A DNA stretch of 64,000 nucleotides, from positions 849,214 to 913,213 of the forward strand of contig NW_015173673.1 of the NCBI RefSeq assembly GCF_001447785.1, in the 5' to 3' direction. Every line of letters begins with the position of its first letter. The first letter of the stretch is position 1. Shown here one piece after another: positions 25,470 to 35,200 of the stretch. The notes under the pieces are model-generated. The model was not told where the DNA came from. It did no database searches and worked only from the letters and a program-made list of their open reading frames with translations. The DNA is from Gekko japonicus (Eukaryota). A program made the translations under genes and the position numbers.

Positions 25470-25790
25470 TAGGCTTCCCAAGTCCCCCTGGGGGGCTGGG
25501 AAACCCCTGCCCCAGAGGCCCGTTCCCCGCCGCTGGCGGATCGGGCCCTGGGGGGGGACCCCACCCTGGCATGCGCGGCACCAGGAAGTGACGGTATCGG
25601 GCATGCTGGGGGCGGGGCCATGGTCATCCGAGGGAAAACTCTATGGTTTTCCCTCGGATGGTCGTGGCCCTGCCCCCAGTGTACCCGGCATCATAACGTC
25701 ACTTCCTGGTGATGTGTGTACGGTGTGCGCGCACTTCAGCCACAGACCGGGAGTCCCCCGGTAAGTGGCTTTTTTGACTTGGCAACCCTA
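25470..25790. mobile_element. Fold-back hAT MITE related to 17035-17325
   Basis: TIR TAGG(C/G)TT(C/G)CCAAG, 8-bp TSD acatggag / acatgggg, internal palindrome around ggaaaactctatggttttcc. Confidence 0.82.
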
Positions 25791-26149
25791 ACATGGGGAC
25801 ACCACCAGGATGCAGGCTAAACATACTCCCTATTATTTTTCTGATATGCCCAGAGTCTGTAATGAAGTGCAGGTTTAGCCTCTCTCAGCTATGTTCCTAA
25901 TTGCATATCTTGGTTTTACTAAAGCATGACAGGACATAGGGAACTGGTGTAGTCATTTTCTCATACCAGAAAAAAACACTATTTTTTCCAACAATTAAAA
26001 AGGATATCTGTGTTAGTCTGTTACAACCCAAAGGAGCAGTCTTAAAGACTAACAGGGGTACCTGAATCCTAAGATTTAAGACACTTTCTCTGCTCATCCC
26101 CCAAGGGTATCTTCCCTACTTTATATACTTCTGTAGAAGTCCTAAACAA

Positions 26150-26450
26150 TAAAATGAAACTCAACCCAGACAAGGCTAAGGTGCTGCTGGTCTGCATGAC
26201 CACTGTCCTGAAGGGGGATGCACTCCTCCCAAGGGAACAGGTTCTTGGCTTGGGGTGCTGCTGGATCCTCTCCTACAGTTGGAGGCTCAGGTTTCCTCTA
26301 CGGCATGTAGCACCTTTTATCAGCTTTGGCAGATATGCCAAATATAACTGTTTCCTGGAAAATGTGATCTGGCCATGGTGATCCGTGCTCTGATCACAAC
26401 CAGGTTAGATTACTGTAGTGCACTCTACATGGGGCTGGCTTTGGAAACAT
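26150..26450 (+). mobile_element. L2 LINE ORF2 fragment
   Basis: MKLNPDK..VL and ALITTRLDYCSALYMGL are typical L2 C-terminal RT motifs. Confidence 0.75.
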
Positions 26451-27055
26451 TAAAATCCCCTGAATATATCATCAAGGATCTTCAGCCTCTCTTAGAAAAC
26501 GACCCTTTCATTTTACAAACCTGGAGAGGGGAAGGAAGGCCTGACCTTGCTTACTCACAGCTCCCCCCCAGCAATTACTCACCAATAATCGACTACCCAA
26601 CAGAGATACAAACCTTAAAGACAAGTCCCAGCAAGAACTTTGATGCCAACTCTGTCCCTACATCTATTTCAGCAACAGTATCACAGGGCCCCAATGTCAT
26701 CAGCCATACAACCAAGGCCATACAATCATTTCACCCACACATTCTTTAACATGATATATCCCATAATAATCTAGGTAAACTGGTTAGTGGAAAACCAGAT
26801 AAATCAGTGGGAGAACATTTCACCTTCCCTGAAAACTCACTTCCACAACACTCCTTTCTGTTTTACTGCTAAGCTTATGAGGCATGGAAGAGCACAAGAA
26901 TGGAAATTTCTGTTACAAGAAAGGCAGGATTGGATGTTGAATGAACTTCTTCCCAGACAGCACTCCATTTGTAAAGGGCTTTAAGCCATTTTTCACTCAG
27001 CCACTGTGTCACAGAGAGCTTCTGAATGATGACAATGACTAGGAAGAGTGGTGGC

Positions 27056-27121
27056 CAGTGTTCCCTCTAAGCTGAGTTAGTGTGAGCTAGCTCACACTAA
27101 CTCAGCTTAGAGGGAACATTG
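27056..27121. mobile_element. 66-bp palindromic mini-MITE
   Basis: 33+33-bp inverted repeat with one mismatch and no loop, perfect TSD GTGGTGGC. Confidence 0.9.
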
Positions 27122-27445
27122 GTGGTGGCTTATGTCTTGTGGAGAGAGTGAGAATGGGCTGTGAGCACTGGCTGCTATCTGAAGGGCTGATTTGACATGA
27201 GAGAGGCTGCATAGCGCAACCATATGGTGAAAGTATTTTCTCAGCAGTAACTCTAAGGTAAGAAACTATGAGTCTTACTTCTCAAAGGAGCCCAAAAACC
27301 TCCGTCAGTTTATAGTAAGAATTCTCCTTCTATACTTAAAGCACAACGGCATGTTTAAGAACTGCCTGAAGGCTAATTCCCCAGTGAAAACACATGGTAT
27401 CCGTGGGAATGTAAATAGTGTGTTTTTAGATCAACTGCAAAAATA

Positions 27446-29502
27446 GTTAACAAACAAAGTAACGGAAGCTGTAAAAGGTAAGGATTCCTTTAAGTGGTGG
27501 AAAGCTAGTCACAGGGAAGTTGATGAAAGGGAACACAGGCTGTGGCAAATAAAATGCAAGTCTATGGTCAGGCAGGCAAAAAGGGAATATGAGGAGTATA
27601 TTGCAAAAAACATAAAGACCAACAATAAAACTTTTTTCAAATACATTAGAAGCAGGAAACCAGCCAGGGAGGCAGTGGGGCCCTTGGATGACCAAGAGGT
27701 AAAAGGAGTACTGAAGGATGATAGGGAGATGGCTGAGAAGCTGAATGCATTTTTTGTCTCTGTCTTCACTGTAGAAGATGAGAAGTACTTGCCCACTCCA
27801 GAACTGCTGATTTCAGGAGGGGTGTTGAAAGACCTGAGTCAGACTGAGGAGATGAGAGAGGAGGTCCTATGACTGATAGACAACTTAAAAATTGATAAAT
27901 CACCAGCCCGGATGGCATACATCCAAGAGCTTTGAAAGAACTCAAATGTGAACTTGTGGATCTCCTGACAAAAATATGTCATCTCTATTAAAATCTGCCT
28001 CTATTCCTGAGGACTGGAAGGTAGCTAATGTCACTCCCATCTTTAAAAAGGGTTCCAGAGGAGATCCAGGAAACTACAGGCCAGTCAGTCTGATATCGAT
28101 ACCGGGTAAATTGGTGGAAACCATTATTAAGGAAAGAATTAGTAGGCACATTGATGAACAAAAACTATTNNNNNNNNNNNNNNNNNNNNNNNNNNNNNNN
28201 NNNNNNNNNNNNNNNNNNNNNNNNNNNNNNNNNNNNNNNNNNNNNNNNNNNNNNNNNNNNNNNNNNNNNNNNNNNNNNNNNNNNNNNNNNNNNNNNNNNN
28301 NNNNNNNNNNNNNNNNNNNNNNNNNNNNNNNNNNNNNNNNNNNNNNNNNNNNNNNNNNNNNNNNNNNNNNNNNNNNNNNNNNNNNNNNNNNNNNNNNNNN
28401 NNNNNNNNNNNNNNNNNNNNNNNNNNNNNNNNNNNNNNNNNNNNNNTGGGGATTATTAGGAAGGGAATTGAAAACAAATCAGCCAGTATCATCATGCCCC
28501 TGTATAAATCAATGGTACATCCTCATTTGGAGTACTGTGTACAGTTCTGGTCACCACACCTCAAAAAGGATATTATAGCATTGGAAAAAGTGCAGAAAAG
28601 GGCAACTAGAATGATAAAAGGGTTGGAACACTTTCCCTATGAAGAAAGGTTAAAGCTCTTGGGGCTCTTTAGTTTGGAGAAACGACAACTGAAGGGTAAC
28701 ATGATCGAACTTTACAAGATTATGCATGGAATAAAGCAGGTAGAGAAAGAAGTACTTTTCTCCCTTTCTCACAGTACAAGAAGTCGTGGGCACTCAATGA
28801 AATTGCTGAACAGTTGGGTTAGAATGGATAACACATGGAATTCACTGCCACAAAAGGTGGCAGCTACAAGCGTGGATGGCTTCAACAGGGAATTGGATAA
28901 ACATATGGAGCAGAGGTCCATCAGTGGCTATTAGCCACAAGGCAGGGCTATTTTTGGGCAGGAACGCACTGGCTTCCAAGTTAGCCACGCCCAGCAGGAA
29001 CTCATTAGCATAATAGGCCACACCCAACATCAGCAACTCCTAACATGCAAAGGAGTTCCTGCTACAAAAAAGCCCTGGGTTTTGACAACAAACAAGGTAA
29101 ACAGAATAAGAAGCAAAAGGTGGGTGTGGCTGGATGAGCACACTTCTGGTAACATGGGGGTGTGGCCTAATATGCCAATGAGTTGTGCTGTCAGGGGTGT
29201 GGCCTAATATGCTAATGAGTTTCTGCTGTTGGGTGTGGCCTATTATGCTAATGAGTTCCTGCTGGGCTTTTTCTACAAAAAAACCCCTGCCACAAGGTAT
29301 AGATAGGAACTCTCAGTCTGGGGCAAGTGATGCTCTGATTGTAGGTGCGGTGGGGGGGCAACAGTGGGAGGGCTTCTAGTGTTCTGGCCCCAGTGATGGA
29401 CCTCCTGATGGCACGTGGTATTTTTGACCACTGTGTGACAGAGTGTTGGACTGGATGGGCCATTGGCCTGATCCAACACTGGCTTCTCTTATGTTCTTAT
29501 GT
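27446..29502 (+). mobile_element. Second CR1 LINE copy, 5'-truncated, same subfamily as 5965-9786
   Basis: PEDWKVANVTPIFKKGSRGDPGNYRPVSL, HLEYCVQFWSP, (TTCTTATG)n tail. Gap at 28170-28446. Confidence 0.95.
28943..29289. mobile_element. Composite hAT MITE inserted in the CR1 3' UTR
   Basis: TIR CAGGGCT.TTTTTG ... CAAAAAAA.CCCTG, perfect 8-bp TSD CCACAAGG, second right end at 29077, three tandem gggtgtggcctaatatgctaatgagtt units. Confidence 0.85.
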
Positions 29503-29747
29503 TGCCGCTTATCAAGGCTTATCTGAACTAAAGGAAAAGCAAAGTTCCTGGAGGCTGCCAGCATACAAAAGAATAAATGGGAAGGGACATCTTTTTAAAT
29601 AGTAAGAGCACGTTATCACCTAAACCTGAAAGCAAAGACCGAACTGCCCTGAATGGGAATCTTGTACAGCAGCATGGTCTTTAGTGGTATACATTCTTTA
29701 AGGTTTTTTAATGCCAAGATATAAATGAACAATGTAATCTTATGTAA

Positions 29748-30220
29748 TGTGGGGTCGGAACGGAAATCCTGTAGGCATGCCCGGGGTCAAAGTTCAGGCT
29801 TCCCAAGTCAAAGTTCGAATTCCCACAGACACTACTCTGCCGGGAGAATTGGCAAGCAGGAAACAAGGTTTTCTGAGTTTGCATGAGACTGCTAAATTCT
29901 TAGAACACAATGAATTGCTGAGAGCGAATAACTTTTGCAACATTCAAAGATTATCTTGCCTGTAAAGGAACATTCTGTGAACTACACTGTATTTTCTAGC
30001 TTACAAAGTCTTTTTGCTCTGTTGTAACAAATGTACAAATGAATGAGCTTGCTTTTCTTTCTGTTAATAAAAATGCTGCTGAGAGACAGCCTGTGAGAAG
30101 AACAGGGAGATGAACAGGGACAGTTGTGGTACAGAGAGAGAGAGACAGACAGAGCTGATCTGCAGCTTCAAAGAAATCAGTGTGTTGTGTGATTCTTGAA
30201 CACCCTATCTAAAGTCAACA
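29748..30220 (+). mobile_element. Solo LTR, probably ERV class II-like (473 bp)
   Basis: TGTGGGG ... TCAACA termini, perfect 6-bp TSD ATGTAA (29742-29747 / 30221-30226), AATAAA at 30066. Confidence 0.75.
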
Positions 30221-30504
30221 ATGTAACATATATATACATATACATTTTTTTGTACTTGTATCTTCCAACAAAAATACTTCACCCTACAACATGAATAATC
30301 TGCTCAGGTATTTTCTTAGTGACTATTCCTGATAATATATAAAATTTCCTCAATCACCCACAAAGTTACCCAGTTGTGTTTTAGTAATAGCTATCAGTTT
30401 ACCCATTGCCATCACATTCTCTATTCTGCACAATTCTACTGCAGATATGTAATGTTTTTTTAAATCACATTCCCAGTTTCTACAATATGCATTCTTTTTC
30501 ATTA

Positions 30505-30665
30505 AAAGAGGAGTTCAGTGGTACCCTAAAGCCTAACAAAATATATTCCAGAACAAGCTTTCATGAGCCAGAGCTCTCTTTATCACATCCATCTGATGAA
30601 GCGATGCATCGTGACTCATAAAAGCTTATGTTTTTTGAGATACTCCTGTTTTATTTTGCTGCTTT
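30505..30665. mobile_element. Penelope-like terminal relic with two inverted degenerate hammerhead motifs
   Basis: CAT-CTGATGA...AAAGCTT-ATG at 30590-30630, an inverted decayed copy at ~30550-30589, and flanks similar to 46222-46352. Confidence 0.55.
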
Positions 30666-31079
30666 TTAAATTTTACAAATTTTATAACTCGCCTTTCTGC
30701 CCACATAAGAGCCACCAGGGAAGCTAACAAATTAAAACATAACCAATACAACCACATCTTAAAAACCATTACACCAACAAAACCTCCACATCATTAAAAT
30801 AATTAAAACCAGAGCTAAAACACATAACCCCCCCCCACAAAACAATTAAAACTTGGGGCAGAAAGGTAGAATCAAATAGTCTTCATCTGATGGCAGAAGA
30901 GGGCAACAGGACAGGAGAGTCTCTGTGATATATTCCCACTGTGCCACATGAACACCGGTCTGTAGATCTTTCTCCTGTTGCCTCTTGCATGTGTCAGTCC
31001 ATGCCTGCACACGTCACAACCACCTTGTGAAGTCAGACCGAAAGAAAGAGTGCCTGCTCCGGATTTACAATCTGACTGT

Positions 31080-31253
31080 GGTGGTGGAAAGTGCCATCAA
31101 GTCACAGCTGACCCTGGGGGTTTACAAGGGATTTGCCTTTCCCTGCCTCTGCGTAGGAACCCTGGATTTCCTTGGTAGTTTCCCATCCAAGTACTAACCA
31201 GGGCGGGCTCTGCTTAGCTGCCGTGATCGGGCTAGCCTGGGCTATCCAGATCA
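31080..31253 (-). mobile_element. 5S rRNA-derived SINE
   Basis: cccatccaagtactaaccaggg....ctgcttagct is the reverse complement of the 5S rRNA internal control region, joined to a non-5S tail. Confidence 0.7.
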
Positions 31254-31540
31254 TGGCATGGCTGTATTTAAGTCTTTAAGATGCCACTGGACTTCGGTTT
31301 TATTTTGCCGTAACAGATTAGCACGGCTTCCCCTCTGCCAAAAAGCCCTGCCAGGTCCCCTTCACATTCTGCCGGTGGACAGTGCTATCACTCAGTCCGG
31401 CGCTGATGGAGGCTGGGTGAGGGCGCGAAATGATGGGACCGGCCCGGTTACCATGCAACTCATCTCCCAGGCTCACGCGCGGCATTTATATTTCAAAGTG
31501 GTTCGTGGAAAAATGTAACGTCTCTCCTCCCTACACTTAC

Positions 31541-31760
31541 CTGCGCGTGCTCAGCGAACCAACAGAAAGAACTCTCTTTTTTCCCCCAGTCAAAGCTACG
31601 GCAAGCGAACGAAGGCAAACTTCCCGCCCGCGCTAAACGCGCTTGCGCCAAGCCTCCTACCTCCTAGAGTTGGAGAGGGCTACGTAGCGTGCCCACGCAA
31701 AGAACCAGGGGGAGCCCGAAGGATTTACGTATGCGGGGGAGATCTCGGAGAAGGCGGGGA
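31541..31760 (-). other. RAD52: Probable non-coding exon 1 of RAD52 (alternative donors at 31541 and 31661; 5' end approximate)
   Basis: Consensus donor GCAG|gtaagt at 31541 and GAG|gtagga at 31661 on minus, at the RAD52-facing edge of the only non-repeat CpG island. Confidence 0.6.
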
Positions 31761-32119
31761 TTATGGCCCGTAAAACCGAAGAATGAGGGTTATCATTGGC
31801 CCAGCGGGAAAACCGCCACTGGTGCCACGCGATTGGCTAGGGAGGGTTGGAGAGGGGGCGGAGCATAAACCTCTACGCAGCAGGGGCGGGGAGCAGGGGG
31901 GGGGAAGAGAGGCGCTTGCGTGAGGCAAGGCTACTTAGCACGTTGGTGTGTAGTACGAGCGAATCGATCGATCCGTCGATCGATGGCCGGCGTTTCAAAG
32001 GAAGGTGGGTCGTTGAGCGCTCGTGCGTGTGAGTGTGTATGGCGTGCCCGCCCGCAAAAAAAAAAAGAGGTGGTGCTCGGCGAGGCTCTCGCTGAGGGGG
32101 GCGGGGCTTGGCTGTCTCG

Positions 32120-32288
32120 CGCCGCCGGGGGCCACGGGCGTGAGCAGCTGAGGTGGAGACGCCGCTGCCGCCGCTGCCGGAGCGTGAGGAAAAGAACAGC
32201 GGGCGAGCAGCCGAGGTCCGCTGGGTGCCGCTGACGCCTCAGCGTGACAGCACGGCAGGGGGCAGGAACTCTTGGGCGGGGCCCGGAG
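32120..32288 (+). other. ERC1: Probable non-coding exon 1 of ERC1 (start approximate)
   Basis: GCC-rich leader downstream of a GC box, donor GAG|gtaggt at 32288/32289. An alternative donor gtgagt lies near 32384. Confidence 0.5.
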
Positions 32289-35200
32289 GTAGGTCAGGTC
32301 TGGGGACCCCCCCTTCCCTCGCCTCCCCCCAGTCAGTCTGTGTGAGAATAAGACCAGCAGGGGCTCCTCTGGTCAGCCCCGGAGTGAGTCGGGCCATCCC
32401 CTGACCCGCGGCCTGCCGGCTCCGCTGCCTTCTCAGGAGCGCGGAAAAGGGCCTGCCCTGTCCGTAGGAGCCCCGCTGCCGGATTCCAGGCTAGTGGCGT
32501 TCCCTCCTCCTCTGCTTCTGACACTGCCCGTGAAGGCGCGTCCCCTCCTCGCCCATTCAGCGCCTTCAGAGTCTGGGTTTGTTCGCTGTCTCTTCGCCGC
32601 GCCCCACCCGAGGGTCGGTTCCGTGAAACCCACCTGCCCCTTCCCAGGAGAGACTCGTGCTTTGCGGCTTCCTTGCACAGCCCAGACGTCGCCTGCCTCT
32701 TTTGTTGCTTCTCGGAATGGATCCTGTGGACGTTAGCGGTCCCCGGCAGCTCCATTTCCCCGATGCTGCAGCGCCTTTAAGCATCCTGGCAACCAGCGTT
32801 AGCCTTCGATGGTTAACTTGCAGAAATCCCCCCCCCCCCGGTTCCTTCTGCTCGCTAGCCTTGAGTTAATGCTATCAAGAACTTAGTGTAGATGCGATTA
32901 TCTTATTTTGCAGCTGACGAATCAGATGGTGTAGTTAGTAAGTTGCCTGCTTTCCATTCCTAAGTGGATTGATCCTTCAAGCTGCCCCAAGGATGCCAAC
33001 CATAAAGTCTCTTGGAGAGTTTGTGACTGGTGTCTCTGGGTACTGTGTTCATAAAGAAGTCTCTTATGAACGTGAAGTTCTCCTTTGATGCAACGTAAGA
33101 GGTGCCCTACTGGATCAGACCAGTGGTCCATCGAGTGCAGTTTCACACAGTGGCCAAGCAGGTTGCCCTGAAAGGCCAAGAAGCAAGACATAGAGGCTGA
33201 AACTTTCTCAGCATAAATGTGTGCTTGTGTAGTAATCTGTGTAACTGTGAGTTTGTAATTGTGAGTTATCTTCCATAATTCTGTTTTATCCTTGTCTTCG
33301 ATTTGACAACTGAAAGTTCACCTGGTTGTAGTAATGATGTCAGATGGGACGAGTTTCACGCTGTGGAAGTAGCTGGTTGAGAAGGGATTTTCTTAGGAGG
33401 GGGTAAGGGATCACCCCTCCCTGGCATCTCCAGATAAAATATTATCTTGGGTAACTGTACTGGGAACCATCCCTGCCTGAGGTCTGCCAGTAGTGTAGGC
33501 AGTGCCTGGTTACTGACTAATGCCCTGACTCAGTAAAAGGCAGACATTTTAAAGAACACTTTTAGTTGGGGCAAAATATGGTGATTCTCCTTAATAATTC
33601 TTCTGTAGTGAGAGAAGTTTACATTTTGTTGCATTCAGTGTTTAAGTATATAACAATTTTTCCCCTATGATATAATATAAAATACTTTTTTGATCCAGTA
33701 GCTCACCATGCCTGAAGAAACCATGATGCCCAAAAGTTTCCTAGGGTGCACAAATGGACAGAATTTTTCTGTCTGTATTTCCCCATCAGTAATTTTCCTC
33801 AATCCATAAACTGTTTTTGTAAATCCTTCCAAAGTTACAACACAGTATGGATGGTGCATTGTGAGTGCTTCTGAGAGGCATACAGCCTGTGGTGTACACA
33901 AGTGTTTTTGTGTGTTTGACTTTATGGTATGCATGCTGTGCTTCTGTGGAGGGCTTCTGACATTTGGAGGGAGTTTTCAGGAGAGTCAGAGCTGAAAAGC
34001 CTCTCTGCTTTGACAGTACACCTTTTGCTGCTCTTTGGATCCCTACTGTTATGTCAGTGCATCTGAAAGATGGTAGATGAATTATACACTCTTTACATTG
34101 TGTCACATATGTCACAATGTGTATATCTACGGGGTGGTAAAACCTGAAAGTAATGCATGAACATATTCTTGAACTATATGACTAGTGTAGGAGGAATAAA
34201 TGAAGATAGAAGATGTCTGTGATTGGGTATCAGCATATGAGTCTACAGAGCAAAGTACTGCTCGCTATGACTTCAGCAGACTGCTATTTTGATAGTGAGC
34301 ACAGCAGCATTAAGGCAGTTTATTATTGATTTATGGTGAAGTGGGTCTGACTTGAAGATGGTGGCTTTGGAAGGCAACTCAGTGATCTTTATGGATGAGC
34401 AGGGGTTACTGTATATAAATCTAATATTTTTGTCTGACAAGATAGAGGCATCTCAGCCAAAACTGTCCCTTGATGGATGCTTCCTGACCTCTGGGTACTC
34501 ATGAGGGGTGTTCTCTTTGCTGCCTGAAATGACAGAGTGAGCAGTGGAGGGGGGGTAGTGTATGTAAAAAGGATGGGTTGGGCTTTCGCACCATCCTCTT
34601 GAGCTAGCTGCAATTTTAGTTGTAGTGATTGGAAGCAACTGAAATTAAGTCTTGGGTCCCTTTTAATGTGTGTCTTCAGGAGTATGGGAGCTGTCTCATG
34701 TAGTGTGATTTCACAGAGAGTTGGGAGCAGGAGTGGATTGGGAAGTGAAAATAGCCCTGTAGCAAGCTAAGGCAAGTTGCCCTTGTGGTACTACAAGCTA
34801 GTCCCTGTAGAGGCTACTGAGCTCAGCTTCACCAAAAATGGGCATTAGTTCACCCATTGCTTCTTCCTGAAAACTGGCAGCAGAGCAGAAAAGATAGTTG
34901 GTGACAGACATCACCATTGCCGATAGTACCATTCATCCGAGGTGACTGGCCCCTGACGCTCTTGTGGAGTTTCTAGAACTTAACACTGCTTGCTCCTGGC
35001 CACCAGTGGTCTTCTAAAGCAGTGGCCCAAGAGAATACTCCTCTGTAAGTTAGATGGCCGGTTCTCCCCTGTTGGGAAAGGCTTACTGTAAGTGAATATG
35101 TACTAAGCAGTTGGCTTGTGTCAGGTTTTTTTCTCTTGTCTTTGGGGTGGATGATGGTGAGATACTGAAATTACTGATAAATGATTTGATGGGATGAAGG

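Larger units (their letters stand above)
31380..32850. promoter_or_regulatory. CpG island / bidirectional promoter shared by RAD52 (-) and ERC1 (+)
   Basis: High GC and CpG. Two ATTGG (CCAAT) boxes at 31795 and 31832, E2F-type GCGGGAAAA (31804) and GCGCGAAA (31423), GC boxes near 31855, 31883 and 32098. Splice donors point outward on both strands. Confidence 0.85.

Noticed and set aside
29140-29265. CRISPR-like repeat array
   Set aside because: These are head-to-tail ~37-bp units with no unique spacers, inside a MITE in a vertebrate intron, with no cas genes.
31175-31250. 5S rRNA gene
   Set aside because: Partial, mutated and fused to a SINE tail, so it is a SINE head rather than a functional gene.
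31961-31987. ATCGATCGAT palindromic cluster in the promoter
   Set aside because: It does not match a motif I can name with confidence, and there is no supporting evidence.
31847-32869. Many overlapping 60-140 aa ORFs in the CpG island (also in 14586-15233 and 21256-23889)
   Set aside because: Expected from stop-codon scarcity in GC-rich DNA. No recognisable domains.
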